Assembly (NCBI GenBank): GCA_016281535.1
Contig: JAEEIT010000186.1
Location: 3,514-67,513 of the forward strand
Length of the DNA: 64,000 nucleotides
Direction of reading: 5' to 3'
Source of the DNA: Clostridia bacterium
Lineage (GTDB): Bacteria > Bacillota > Clostridia > Saccharofermentanales > Saccharofermentanaceae
Part shown: positions 35,028-44,974 of the stretch, piece by piece
Layout of the letters: every line of letters starts with the position of its first letter
Numbering within the stretch: the first letter of the stretch is position 1
Notes under the pieces: generated by a model
What the model saw: only the letters and a program-made list of their open reading frames with translations
What the model was told of the DNA's origin: nothing
Database searches by the model: none
Position numbers and translations under genes: made by a program

Positions 35028-36854
35028 ATGTGTGGAATCGTCGGATATACAGGAACACAGCAGGCCGCCCCGATCCTTCTGGACGGACTGAAGAAACTGG
35101 AATACAGAGGGTATGATTCGGCCGGGATCGCTGTTCTTAACGATGGCGTGATCAAGGTAGATAAGGTGAGTGGCCGTATCGCGAATCTGTGCGAACTGAC
35201 CGATGAGGGGAAAGAGTGCCCCGGCATGATCGGTATCGGACATACCCGCTGGGCGACTCACGGTGCGCCGACAGATACGAATGCCCATCCGCACTTAAGT
35301 AATGATGGGCGTTTCGCCATCGTTCATAACGGTATTATCGAGAACTATATCAGCCTTCGCGAAGAACTGATCAGTAAGGGATATCACTTCGAGAGCGAGA
35401 CGGATACAGAAGTCATCGTACACCTTCTTGAGATGTACTATAAGGGAGATCTTCGCCGTGCGATCATCAAGACTTCTTCCCGGCTTTCGGGTTCCTATGC
35501 GCTCGGCGTCATCTGCACAGAGAAGCCGGATACGATCTATGTGGCCAGAGAGGCAAGTCCGCTTATCCTCGGTGTCGGTGCCGGTGAGAACTATTTCGCA
35601 TCGGATGTGACGGCACTGGTGGCGAATACCAGAAATGCGATCTATCTTGATGACGGGGAATTCGCAGAGATCACTCCGGATGGCGTGAACGTATTCGATG
35701 CGGCAGGCCAGGCTGTCAGTAAGAAGATCGCACGTATCACGTGGGATATCGAGGCGGCAGAGAAGGGCGGCTACGAGCACTTCATGCTCAAGGAGATCAT
35801 CGAGCAGCCAAGAGCGGTCAAGGCGACCGTTGCTCCGCGTATCAAGGACGGAAAGATCATACTCGATGAGATCGAATGGTCGAAGGAATATCTTGAGTCG
35901 ATCAACAAGATCGTGATCACGGCCTGCGGCTCTGCCTACTATGCAGGATGTGCCGCGAAATACACGATCGAGAAACTCTGCCGTATCCCGGTTACATGTG
36001 AACTGGCAAGTGAGCTCCGTTACAGTGATCCGCTGATCGATGAACACACGCTTCTCATCGTTCTTTCCCAGTCCGGTGAGACTGCGGATACGATTGCCGC
36101 CATGAAGGAGTGCAAGGCCAGAGGCGCCCGGACTCTTGCTATCGTCAATGTAGTCGGCAGTACCATCGCGAAACTTGCTGACGATGTTCTCTATACCTGG
36201 GCGGGCCCGGAGATCGCTGTAGCCACGACGAAGGGCTATACGACACAGCTGTGCGTCCTGTATCTGGTGGCAGTCTATATTGCCAAGACTCTGGAGAAAC
36301 TCGAGGATGCGGATTATTACCATCACCTGTCCACACTTCTGATGCTCCCGAAGCGGGTACAGGAAGCGCTCGATATGAATCCGAAGATCCCGAAGATGGC
36401 GAAGAAATATCACGCGACGAAGTCGATGTTCTTCATCGGCAGAAATACCGACTATGCCATCGCACTCGAAGGTGCACTGAAGATGAAGGAGATCTCCTAC
36501 ATCCATGCAGAATCCTACGCTGCCGGTGAGCTGAAGCACGGCACCATCGCTCTGATCGAGGAGCATCAGCCGGTCATCGCACTGTGCTGTAACCAGGCGA
36601 TCATGGAGAAGACACTGAGCAATATCGTTGAGGTCAAGGCCCGTGGCGCGGAAGTACTGGCCGTTGCCTTTAAAGGCAATCAGGAGATCCTGTCCCAGGC
36701 AGACGATGTGATCTTCATTCCGAAAGTCGATACGCTCTTCTCTGCTGTGGTGGAGATCGTACCGATGCAGATGCTGGCCTACTATGTCGCGAAAGAGAAC
36801 GGCTGTGACATCGATAAACCGAAGAATCTCGCGAAGTCCGTTACGGTAGAATAA
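35028..36854 (+). CDS. glmS: Glutamine--fructose-6-phosphate aminotransferase
   Basis: MCGIVGY N-terminal nucleophile, two SIS domains, C-terminal ...DKPKNLAKSVTVE, 608 aa. Confidence 0.95.
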   Translation: MCGIVGYTGTQQAAPILLDGLKKLEYRGYDSAGIAVLNDGVIKVDKVSGRIANLCELTDEGKECPGMIGIGHTRWATHGAPTDTNAHPHLSNDGRFAIVHNGIIENYISLREELISKGYHFESETDTEVIVHLLEMYYKGDLRRAIIKTSSRLSGSYALGVICTEKPDTIYVAREASPLILGVGAGENYFASDVTALVANTRNAIYLDDGEFAEITPDGVNVFDAAGQAVSKKIARITWDIEAAEKGGYEHFMLKEIIEQPRAVKATVAPRIKDGKIILDEIEWSKEYLESINKIVITACGSAYYAGCAAKYTIEKLCRIPVTCELASELRYSDPLIDEHTLLIVLSQSGETADTIAAMKECKARGARTLAIVNVVGSTIAKLADDVLYTWAGPEIAVATTKGYTTQLCVLYLVAVYIAKTLEKLEDADYYHHLSTLLMLPKRVQEALDMNPKIPKMAKKYHATKSMFFIGRNTDYAIALEGALKMKEISYIHAESYAAGELKHGTIALIEEHQPVIALCCNQAIMEKTLSNIVEVKARGAEVLAVAFKGNQEILSQADDVIFIPKVDTLFSAVVEIVPMQMLAYYVAKENGCDIDKPKNLAKSVTVE

Positions 36855-36866
36855 TGCAAAGATGCG

Positions 36867-36894
36867 AAAAGCCGCCACGTTTGTGACGGCTTTT
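36867..36894. terminator. Bidirectional terminator between glmS and tRNA-Ala
   Basis: AAAA-GCCGCCAC-GTTT-GTGACGGC-TTTT (stem 36871-36890, one mismatch), flanked by A- and T-tracts. Confidence 0.65.
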
Positions 36895-36895
36895 C

Positions 36896-36971
36896 TGGTG
36901 GAGCATAGGGGACTTGAACCCCTGACCCCCACACTGCCAGTGTGATGCGCTCCCAACTGCGCTAATGCCCC
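36896..36971 (-). tRNA. tRNA-Ala (anticodon GGC), CCA encoded
   Basis: The reverse complement is GGGGCATTAGCGCAGTTGGGAGCGCATCACACTGGCAGTGTGGGGGTCAGGGGTTCAAGTCCCCTATGCTCCACCA. It folds as a cloverleaf with the G3:U70 Ala identity pair, anticodon loop CU-GGC-AG and T-loop GGTTCAAGTCC. Length is 76 nt. Confidence 0.93.
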
Positions 36972-36997
36972 AGATGGTCTTTCATAAGACAAGAGAG

Positions 36998-37026
36998 ATT
37001 TTATTATGAAAATGCACGGTTGTCAA
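36998..37026 (-). promoter_or_regulatory. SigA-type promoter of tRNA-Ala
   Basis: On the minus strand: TTGACA (37026-37021), a 17-nt spacer, then TAAAAT (37003-36998). It lies about 25 nt upstream of the tRNA 5' end. Confidence 0.6.
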
Positions 37027-37130
37027 TTCCTCGATAACAAATCCTAAGGAGAGGTTCCGCATACCGCAGGCCGAGGACCGGCGACGTGGATTCCTTTCGA
37101 GGTGCGAGTATAACCAAGACGTCACTTTTG

Positions 37131-37179
37131 TTGAAAGAGGTCAAATATTGTTGTACACTTACTTCGTGAATACTTCACG
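37131..37179 (+). promoter_or_regulatory. Candidate promoter with perfect palindrome at the predicted transcription start
   Basis: TTGAAA (37131-37136), a 17-nt spacer, then TACACT (37154-37159). CGTGAA-TAC-TTCACG (37165-37179) follows. Confidence 0.4.
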
Positions 37180-37204
37180 GAGTTTTTCTATTACGGAGGC
37201 GCAG

Positions 37205-38674
37205 ATGAAGGCAGGAAAAATCATGGCAGCGATACTGGCCGCTTCGATGGCGGTGCCTTTCTGTGCCTGTAAAAGAAACCCGGATAAAGAAACGGAAACT
37301 TCTCCTTCGGAATCGGCAACCGCTACGACCGTGAAACCGACTGATTCTGCAACGGAACCGACGGTAACGGAAACGGAACCGTCGGAAAGCGAGACTGTAC
37401 CTACTTCCGTGGAGGACCAGTCTTCGGAACCGCTGATCATATACGGCTACGATAAGGAATTCGGCAATATTCTGAAGGATTACCTGGTAGATGTTGAATT
37501 CGTATATGAGTACGTGGAGCCGGATAAATATATCCAGACACTGAATGAGGCGCTGCAGAGTGAGGAGCAGAAACCGGATCTGTTCATGATGGATAAAGAC
37601 AACCTCGGCAGCTTCTCGGAGTCCGGAAAGACGATGGATATGGACAGCCTGGGTATTCCGAGATCCGAGCTGTACGACCAGTTCGCCTATACCTATCAGG
37701 TGGCTGTCGATGCAGACAATAAGGTAAAAGCACTGGCCTTTGAGCTGGCTCCCTCTGTGATCATCTATAACCGTGCCCTTGCGAAGCAGGCTCTGGGTGT
37801 ATATGAACCTTCTGATGTCTCGGCTAAACTTTCCGACTGGCGCACGATCCTCGATTATGCTCACGATGTGAACATCAATTCAGAAGGAGCCGTGAAGCTT
37901 CTGGAGGATCGGGAGCAGCTGCACGATGTGTACTGGGCCGGACATACGGAGCCCTGGGTGAAAGATGGGAAGATCGCGGTCGAAACGGACTTCGATCAGT
38001 ATATCCTTCTTCAGGAATCCCTCTTCGCCGAATCCCTGACAGCGGAGCAAACGCCGTTCAGCAGAGAATGGGCAAGCGATATCAATACAGAGAAGACGGT
38101 TATGTTCTTCGGCTCGCTTCAGACTGCGGCGGATGTGATCGGTTATGTTCCGGGACATGAGGAGAAGCAGGAAGCAGACAACGGAGCGACGGAGACGACT
38201 TCGGATAATGCAGACGCAACAGGCGAGACGAGTGAAACTGAGCCCGTTATTACAGGCTGGGGCATCGTGCCTGCACCATCCGCCACATATGACGGAGGAA
38301 CCTGGCTGATGGTCGCTTCCACATGCGAGAAGAAGGCGACGGCTGCGCATGTCCTGCGAATCCTCACACTGGATAAGGACACGCTCACCGATCTGGCTGT
38401 AAAAGGTTATTTCGTCAATAGCCGGAGCATCATGAAGAGATGTGCAGAAGATCCGAATTTTATCAGTGATTTCCTCTGTGGACAGAATCCGTATGCGCTG
38501 CTGGTGCCGGAGGCAGAGAAGATACAGATCTCATCCGATCCTCTGACAGACCGCTATGCCGATTCTGAGATCAAGAGACTTCTGGATGCCTATCTGGCAG
38601 GGGATATACTGACCCCCGAAGAACTGAAGGAACAGTTCGTCATCGGAATGGAAGAGCTGCTCGGACTGTCCTGA
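37205..38674 (+). CDS. Solute-binding-protein-like lipoprotein (no adjacent permeases)
   Basis: Lipoprotein signal MKAGKIMAAILAASMAVPFCAC and a T/E/S/P-rich linker. The fold pattern is SBP-like (PDLFMMDKDNLG..., ...WGIVPAPSATYDGGTWLMV). ATG 37205 is preceded by ACGGAGG. Confidence 0.7.
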   Translation: MKAGKIMAAILAASMAVPFCACKRNPDKETETSPSESATATTVKPTDSATEPTVTETEPSESETVPTSVEDQSSEPLIIYGYDKEFGNILKDYLVDVEFVYEYVEPDKYIQTLNEALQSEEQKPDLFMMDKDNLGSFSESGKTMDMDSLGIPRSELYDQFAYTYQVAVDADNKVKALAFELAPSVIIYNRALAKQALGVYEPSDVSAKLSDWRTILDYAHDVNINSEGAVKLLEDREQLHDVYWAGHTEPWVKDGKIAVETDFDQYILLQESLFAESLTAEQTPFSREWASDINTEKTVMFFGSLQTAADVIGYVPGHEEKQEADNGATETTSDNADATGETSETEPVITGWGIVPAPSATYDGGTWLMVASTCEKKATAAHVLRILTLDKDTLTDLAVKGYFVNSRSIMKRCAEDPNFISDFLCGQNPYALLVPEAEKIQISSDPLTDRYADSEIKRLLDAYLAGDILTPEELKEQFVIGMEELLGLS

Positions 38675-38706
38675 CGGCGCAAGCATACCTGTCCGTAAGT
38701 GAAATA

Positions 38707-38723
38707 TGCGAAACCGTTTTCGA
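38707..38723. promoter_or_regulatory. cre/LacI-family-operator-like palindrome upstream of cellobiose phosphorylase
   Basis: TGCGAAACCGTTTTCGA. The core GAAACCGTTTTC matches the cre-like pattern TGAAANCGNTTNCA at 12 of 14 positions. Confidence 0.4.
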
Positions 38724-38793
38724 GTTCGTAATCCTTTGGGTTTTCCCGATTTTGCCTGAAAATTGTGTTTTTTTCTTCGTGCTTTCAGTGCGC

Positions 38794-38808
38794 GAAACGT
38801 TCCGTTTC
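38794..38808. promoter_or_regulatory. Second palindrome upstream of cellobiose phosphorylase
   Basis: GAAACG-TTC-CGTTTC is a perfect 6-bp inverted repeat. It shares the GAAAC(C)G half-site with 38707-38723. Confidence 0.35.
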
Positions 38809-38866
38809 ATGAACTTTTATAGTATGATGTATGTACCTGAAATTTCAAATCAAGGAGGCACATATC

Positions 38867-41347
38867 ATGAAATTCGGACATTTTGACGATTTAAACCGTG
38901 AATATGTAATCGAAACACCGAAGACTCCGTATCCGTGGATCAACTATCTTGGCTCTGAGGCTTTCTTCGGACTGATTTCCAATACCGCGGGCGGCTATAA
39001 TTTCTATAAGGATGCCCGCCTTCGCAGAATAACAAGATACCGTTACAACAATGTTCCGATCGATATGGGCGGACGCTATTTCTATATTAACGATAACGGA
39101 ACAGTATGGAATCCGGGATGGTCTCCGGTGAAGACAGAACTCGATGCTTACGAGTGCCGTCACGGTATGGGCTATACGATCATCAAGGGTAAGAAGAATG
39201 ACCTCTCGGCTGAGGTGACCTTCTTCGTACCGAACGGCTATGACGGAGAAGTCCAGCAGGTCGTCCTCAAGAACGAGGGCTCTTCCGCGAAGACATTCAA
39301 GCTCTTCTCCTTTGCCGAGTGGTGTCTCTGGGATGCACAGGATGACTGCACCAATTTCCAGAGAAACTTCTCCACAGGCCGTGTGGAAGTAGACGGCTCC
39401 GTCATCTACCACAAGACCGAGTACAGAGACAGACGGAATCACTATGCTTTCTATTCCGTGAACGATGAGATCGACGGTTACGATACAGACCGTGATTCCT
39501 TCATCGGACTTTACAACGGATTTAATAACCCGGAGGCTGTCCTTGCCGGTAAGGCAACGGATTCTTTCGCAGACGGCTGGTCTCCGATCGCTTCCCATTA
39601 TAAAGAGATCACTCTTGCCGCCGGCGAGAGCAAGACGCTCATCTTTATCCTCGGCTATGTGGAGATGCCTGTGGATCAGAAGTTCGAAGCAGACGGCAAG
39701 ACCATCAACAAGGTCAAGGCGAAGGCCATGATCGAGAAGTTCGATACACCGGAGAAGGTGGCCGCAGGTCTTGCTGATCTGAAGGCTTCCTGGGACAAGC
39801 TCCTCGGCATCCTCAACGTTTCTACTCCGGATGACAAGGTCGACCGTATGGTCAACATCTGGAACCAGTATCAGTGCATGGTTACCTTTAACCTTTCCCG
39901 CTCCGCTTCCTACTTCGAGTCCGGTATCGGCCGAGGTATGGGCTTCCGTGATTCCAACCAGGATATCCTCGGTTTCGTACACCAGATCCCGGATCGTGCG
40001 AAGGAGCGTATCATCGATATCGCTTCCACCCAGTTCCCGGACGGCGGATGCTATCACCAGTACCAGCCGCTCACCAAGAAGGGTAACGCCGATATCGGCG
40101 GTGACTTCTCGGATGACCCGCTCTGGCTGATCCTTTCTGTTTCCGCTTACATCAAGGAGACAGGCGACTGGTCCATCCTTGACGAGATGGTTCCTTACGA
40201 CAACGACATGAGTGTGGCACAGACCATGCTTGAACACCTGAAGGTTTCCTTCTATCACATCGTAAACAACCTCGGACCGCACGGTCTCCCGCTGGCCATG
40301 CGTGCAGACTGGAACGACTGCATCAACCTGTCCTGCTACTCCGATACACCGGGTGAGTCCTTCCAGACATACACCAACCCGAAGTTTAAGGCAGAGGGCG
40401 GTTACTCCAAGGTCGCAGAGTCCGTCATGGTTGCGACACTCTTCACCTACACAGGCCCGAACTATGTAGCGATCCTCAAGCACCTCGGTAAGGACGATGA
40501 GGCAGCCGCTGCGCAGGCCGAGATCGATAAGATGAAGAAGAATATCATGGAGTCCGCTTGGGATGGTGACTGGTTCCTCAGAGCTTACGACGCCAACGGT
40601 GAGAAGATGGGCTCTAAGGAATGCGAAGAAGGCCAGATCTTCATCGAGCCGCAGGGCTTCGCCATCATGTCTGATGTCGGCAAGGAGCAGGGCGCGGATA
40701 AGAAGACCCTCGCTGCCATCGACGAAAGACTCAATACCGAGTTCGGTCTTGTTCTGAATAATCCTGCATTCACCAAGTACTACATCCAGTATGGTGAGAT
40801 CTCCACCTATCCGGGCGGATATAAGGAGAATGCCGGTATCTTCACACATAACAACGCATGGATCATCTGCGCGGCAGCATATGCAGGCGAAGGTGACCAG
40901 GCATTCAAGTACTACTCTGAGATCGCTCCGGCTTTCACAGAGGAGACATCGGATATCCATAAGACTGAACCGTATGTTTACGGCCAGATGATCGGCGGTA
41001 AGGACGCAGGTTCCGATATCGGAAGAACCGGCAAGAACTTCGGTCAGGGCAAGAACTCCTGGCTTACCGGTACAGCTGCCTGGAACATGGTTGCGATCTC
41101 CCAGTATATCCTGGGCGTACAGCCTGATTTCGATGGTCTCCGGATCGATCCTTCCATTCCGTCTTCCTGGGATGGTTTCACGATCACGAGACAGTATCGT
41201 GGTGCGGAGTATAAGGTAACGATCAAGAACCCGGATCACGTCTGCAAGGGCATCAAGAGTGTCTCTGTCGACGGAAATGCGATCGAGGGTAACATTCTCC
41301 CTGTTTTCGACGGCGGCGTGCATAACGTGGAAGTCGTAATGGGCTGA
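38867..41347 (+). CDS. GH94 cellobiose phosphorylase-type glycoside phosphorylase
   Basis: [29 protein letters not shown]...[17 protein letters not shown] and the catalytic-region [12 protein letters not shown]. Length is 826 aa from ATG 38867, with AAGGAGG upstream. Confidence 0.88.
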   Translation: MKFGHFDDLNREYVIETPKTPYPWINYLGSEAFFGLISNTAGGYNFYKDARLRRITRYRYNNVPIDMGGRYFYINDNGTVWNPGWSPVKTELDAYECRHGMGYTIIKGKKNDLSAEVTFFVPNGYDGEVQQVVLKNEGSSAKTFKLFSFAEWCLWDAQDDCTNFQRNFSTGRVEVDGSVIYHKTEYRDRRNHYAFYSVNDEIDGYDTDRDSFIGLYNGFNNPEAVLAGKATDSFADGWSPIASHYKEITLAAGESKTLIFILGYVEMPVDQKFEADGKTINKVKAKAMIEKFDTPEKVAAGLADLKASWDKLLGILNVSTPDDKVDRMVNIWNQYQCMVTFNLSRSASYFESGIGRGMGFRDSNQDILGFVHQIPDRAKERIIDIASTQFPDGGCYHQYQPLTKKGNADIGGDFSDDPLWLILSVSAYIKETGDWSILDEMVPYDNDMSVAQTMLEHLKVSFYHIVNNLGPHGLPLAMRADWNDCINLSCYSDTPGESFQTYTNPKFKAEGGYSKVAESVMVATLFTYTGPNYVAILKHLGKDDEAAAAQAEIDKMKKNIMESAWDGDWFLRAYDANGEKMGSKECEEGQIFIEPQGFAIMSDVGKEQGADKKTLAAIDERLNTEFGLVLNNPAFTKYYIQYGEISTYPGGYKENAGIFTHNNAWIICAAAYAGEGDQAFKYYSEIAPAFTEETSDIHKTEPYVYGQMIGGKDAGSDIGRTGKNFGQGKNSWLTGTAAWNMVAISQYILGVQPDFDGLRIDPSIPSSWDGFTITRQYRGAEYKVTIKNPDHVCKGIKSVSVDGNAIEGNILPVFDGGVHNVEVVMG

Positions 41348-41376
41348 TCCTATTCGCAGGCAAACGCGCTTAAGAA

Positions 41377-41474
41377 GTGATGTGCGGGAAAGAGGACCTG
41401 TCATTTCGATGGCAGACCCGCCGTCACGGGGGGCGCGAAGCCATAGCCGGACCTGTTCCGGCATCACACATCAC
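41377..41474 (+). other. Roughly 100-nt nested stem-loop element immediately downstream of the cellobiose phosphorylase gene
   Basis: The outer stem is GTGATGTG (41377-41384) with CACATCAC (41467-41474), extended by CGGGAA/TTCCGG. Inner hairpins are CTGTCAT-TTCG-ATGGCAG (41398-41415) and CCCG-N6-CGGG (41417-41430). CTGCTTTTTCT lies about 10 nt downstream. Confidence 0.4.
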
Positions 41475-41672
41475 ATGCTTATCTGCTTTTTCTATCTCCG
41501 TAGAAGTGTGTGGTGACATCGCTCACAGAGTTCTATACTCTTGGGCCACATCTTAACCGTGCGTGCTTCGTATTCTCCGTATCAAATACGGCCGTCTGTT
41601 TGAGGAGACAGAAGAGGAAGTATTTGAATAGGGGGCGTACAGGAAAGTATTCCGGGAGCGTGTACGGTCCGG

Positions 41673-41761
41673 ACACGAAGTATATTTGTGCAAGGCAAAT
41701 ATCCACGTGCGAAGGGGAAAGATCGCGTCCAGGTTTAGACTATGTGCCGAATCCTTCGTGT
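41673..41761 (+). other. Candidate multi-stem RNA structure in the leader of the second GH94 gene
   Basis: The closing stem is ACACGAAG (41673-41680) with CTTCGTGT (41754-41761). Inner hairpins are ATATTTG-N7-CAAATAT (41682-41702) and GCGA-AGGGGAAAGA-TCGC (41709-41726). Confidence 0.3.
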
Positions 41762-41961
41762 GCCCCGATTGTGGAAATGTTCGCGACATCTCATATAAAT
41801 TGGGGAGAGCAATCTCGTGAACCTGGGTAGGGAGGTACCAAGACCTGTACTGAAGAACTATCCATTACACAATCGGGCAGCGAAAGTGATACAATCTATG
41901 TGTATACTTCATTTTGTAAAGTGATTTTCCTAAATACCATATATCAGCAGGAGGTTCCACG

Positions 41962-44940
41962 ATGATGAAAAGCGAGAGAGCAAGAACAGTCATCAAACCG
42001 GCCGAGGTTTTGCTTAAAGAGAAGTTCGGCGAGTATGTACAGGATGCATGTGTAAGTGCCCAGTACATATCCACATTGAACGGAGGCATCGTTTTCGGTG
42101 TGGCGGGACTTCCTTTCGCGGCGCCTGTCTGTGCGTCGCTCCTGTCGGACGAGAACATCTGCGGCTATATCCATGCATGTGCGAAATACAAGATGTCCGT
42201 GCTGATCAAGAAGAGTAGTTCCGGACTTCAACTGTTCCTGGAAGAAAACGGTGGCGTCACCGAGATCACAGAGGAAAAGGAAGGAAAGCAGGTCCTCTCC
42301 TGGGCAGCTCCGACAGTGGAGTTCGCCGGTGAATGGGGCGGCAAGCTGAACGAAGGCGGCGAGCTGGTCTGCGATCTGACCTCACCGGCTCCGGGACCGC
42401 ATTACTATACGAATCTTCTCATCGGAAACAGGATCGGATTTGACCATCCGCTCCAGAGTACGCCGAAGAGTGCGATCGACCGTATGGGCGGCGGATGTTT
42501 CCGTTCCCACGCAGACACACAGGTCCTGGCTACACGCTGGGACTACCTGCCGGAGCAGAACGGCTTCCCGGCGAACCGGCAGTTCTATCTTGTTGAGAAC
42601 GGGCAGGTCATCTTCTATTCCGGTTCTGCAAACCAGGAAAGCGTGGAGAAGGCGATCTGCAAGCATTCCCAGAATAGAACGGTCATTGAATACACGCTGA
42701 AGAACGGACTCTTTGTCCGCCGTACGATCTTTATCCTGCCGCAGGAAGACGGACTTCCTGTTGCGACAGAAGCACAGCTGATCGAGATCGAGAATAACGG
42801 AAGCGCAGGAAAAGACCTGAGGATCGTCTATACCGGCATGTTCGGTACGCAGGAAGTCCACGCGCTTCGTGAAGACGTTATCTTCTCGACAGTCGTAGCC
42901 CAGTCCGAAGTATTCTATGGTGAGAACGATGAGATCCGTGCGATCTCCTTTAACCCGAATCCGAAGTGGACGAAGGGGAACATCCGCTATAACACCCTCA
43001 TCGTCCATGATGGCGATAAGACAGTCTTCCCGGATCAGTTCTGTGCCCGCTATGCTGATTTCGTAGGTGCAGGAACGCTTGAGAAGCCACAGTTCGCTGC
43101 GATCCTCTCGAATGCGCATTCCCGTAAGGGTCCGGGATTCTTCGCGCTGTCTGCTCCGTTTACGGTACAAGCCGGGGCGAAGGTCCAGATCGATAACCTG
43201 ACGTGCCTGACATCCGATTGTGTCAATCCGGACTATCAGGAAGATATCACCATGCAGAAGGAACTGGACGCACTCATCGCCCGCTTCTCCGATGCTTCGG
43301 CTCTTCCGGAGTGCCTCGACAAGGTGATTTCTTTCACGAAGAAATATGCAGCCTATATGCGGATCAAACATCCGGATAAGGACTTCGAGGCCTATGTGAA
43401 CAACAACCTGCCCTTCCAGGTATTCTACCAGACTTTCGTATCCCGTTCCCTGGACTGGACGCAGAAGGGCTATCGTGAGATCGGTTTCCGTGAGATCCAG
43501 GACATCTTCGCATCGATGTATTACTTCGCCGGTATGGGCGAGATCGAATTCGTCAAGAAACTCCTGCGTGAGTGGATCTCGAATATCTATAAGGACGGAT
43601 ACGCGAACCATAACTTCTACTGGAAGGGCAAGGAACCCGGCTGGTGGTCAGATGATGCCCTGTGGCTGCTGCAGGCACTGGACCGTTTCATCAGCCTGAC
43701 TGCCGACTATGACTTCCTTAAGGAAGAACTGCCGATCGCAGGAGAAGACGGTGAGAAGCGTACGATCCTTGAGACCATCAAGGCTGTATTTACCTACTCC
43801 TATAAGATCTCTGTGGGCGCCCACGGTATCCCGCTCATCGACCGTGCGGACTGGAATGACTGTCTGCGCGTCGATCCGGATTGCGTGAATGGCCCGACGA
43901 AGATCGAGAACTACAAAGAGCAGCTTCAGGCAAGCGGTAAGGCATATGGGGAAGTTCCGTATGAGTCCGAGTATTCGGAATCCGTCATGAACGGCTGCCT
44001 CCTGAAAGTAGCGGTAGATGCTGCAATCGGCATGTTCCGCTGCTGCGGGGATGAAGAATATGCTTCCTATCTCGAGGGCGTTTCTTCCGACCTGAAGACC
44101 CGTATCAACGAATACGCATGGAAGGGCGATTACTTCGCACGAGTCCTGTTCAACCGGAAAGACAAGCCGCAGCTTTCTTACCTCGGTGCCCAGGGCGACG
44201 GTCTGGTGATCGAGGAAGGCAAGGTAGGCACCTACTTCCTTAACTCCTTCAGCTGGGCGGTCCTTTCTGACTGTGCTTCGGAAGAGCAGATCTCTACGAT
44301 GCTCGACAGTCTCGACAAGAATCTGAGAACGCCTTTCGGATTCCGTCTCTGCACAGGCGTGGATTACCCGCAGATCGCGCCGAAGATCGACGTGGCGCTC
44401 TATTATCAGGGTGACCGTGAGAACGGCGGAATCTTCAAGCATGCGAACATGATGGCCGCAGCTGCGATGCTGAAGGCCAGTAAAGCCGTAAACGATCAGG
44501 CTCTGGCAGAACGTCTGGCAAAGACCGCATTCTGGGTCATCGACTGCATCCTGCCGTACAGAACGCTGACCTCTCCGTTCACGGTCTGCGGCAACCCGAG
44601 ACTGTGCACCCAGTACAATAACTCCGAGACAGGCGAGAACATCGGACCGACGCTGTCCGGTACATCTACATGGCTCCTGCTTTGCCTCTTCACCAGCTTC
44701 GGTGTCGATTTCACAAGCGATGCCCTTATCGTCGAGCCGATCCTCCGCGCCGAGGATACGTCAGAAGACATTATGGTTTCTTCGGGAAAAGCACTGTACC
44801 ACATTACCGTCGATAAGCCGGAAGGATTCCGCAGAACGAAGGATGGCGTCTCCATTACGGTAGACGGATCCCCGATCGAAGGCGTACGTGTCCCGATCTT
44901 CGAGGACGGCGCGGTTCACGAAGTGAATGTGAAATTCTAA
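41962..44940 (+). CDS. GH94 family phosphorylase, long form (cellodextrin-phosphorylase-like)
   Basis: A 992-aa protein with the GH94 catalytic-region motif IDRADWNDCLRVD and GGIFKHANMM, plus an extra N-terminal domain relative to the 826-aa paralog. AGGAGG precedes the ATG. Confidence 0.8.
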   Translation: MMKSERARTVIKPAEVLLKEKFGEYVQDACVSAQYISTLNGGIVFGVAGLPFAAPVCASLLSDENICGYIHACAKYKMSVLIKKSSSGLQLFLEENGGVTEITEEKEGKQVLSWAAPTVEFAGEWGGKLNEGGELVCDLTSPAPGPHYYTNLLIGNRIGFDHPLQSTPKSAIDRMGGGCFRSHADTQVLATRWDYLPEQNGFPANRQFYLVENGQVIFYSGSANQESVEKAICKHSQNRTVIEYTLKNGLFVRRTIFILPQEDGLPVATEAQLIEIENNGSAGKDLRIVYTGMFGTQEVHALREDVIFSTVVAQSEVFYGENDEIRAISFNPNPKWTKGNIRYNTLIVHDGDKTVFPDQFCARYADFVGAGTLEKPQFAAILSNAHSRKGPGFFALSAPFTVQAGAKVQIDNLTCLTSDCVNPDYQEDITMQKELDALIARFSDASALPECLDKVISFTKKYAAYMRIKHPDKDFEAYVNNNLPFQVFYQTFVSRSLDWTQKGYREIGFREIQDIFASMYYFAGMGEIEFVKKLLREWISNIYKDGYANHNFYWKGKEPGWWSDDALWLLQALDRFISLTADYDFLKEELPIAGEDGEKRTILETIKAVFTYSYKISVGAHGIPLIDRADWNDCLRVDPDCVNGPTKIENYKEQLQASGKAYGEVPYESEYSESVMNGCLLKVAVDAAIGMFRCCGDEEYASYLEGVSSDLKTRINEYAWKGDYFARVLFNRKDKPQLSYLGAQGDGLVIEEGKVGTYFLNSFSWAVLSDCASEEQISTMLDSLDKNLRTPFGFRLCTGVDYPQIAPKIDVALYYQGDRENGGIFKHANMMAAAAMLKASKAVNDQALAERLAKTAFWVIDCILPYRTLTSPFTVCGNPRLCTQYNNSETGENIGPTLSGTSTWLLLCLFTSFGVDFTSDALIVEPILRAEDTSEDIMVSSGKALYHITVDKPEGFRRTKDGVSITVDGSPIEGVRVPIFEDGAVHEVNVKF

Positions 44941-44974
44941 GAGAGTAAATGAATGAAGTGAACGGGAAGCTTCC

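Noticed and set aside
35295-36992. A 565-aa minus-strand ORF antisense to glmS that runs through the tRNA-Ala gene.
   Set aside because: It overlaps two well-supported features (glmS and a tRNA). It has no motifs and the same antisense-frame artefact.
38891-41467. An 858-aa ORF on the minus strand, fully antisense to the cellobiose phosphorylase gene.
   Set aside because: It mirrors a well-supported GH94 gene codon for codon. Its product is R/L/D/H/V-rich low-information sequence with no recognisable motif, RBS or partner genes. Stop-poor antisense frames are expected opposite GC3-rich genes.
41510-41830. A 106-aa plus-strand ORF, and the overlapping minus-strand ORF 41553-41789, inside the long GH94 spacer.
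   Set aside because: There is no SD, and the Cys/Arg/Gly-rich sequence is implausible with no motifs. The ORF crosses multiple stable hairpins. The region is better treated as non-coding pending tblastx.
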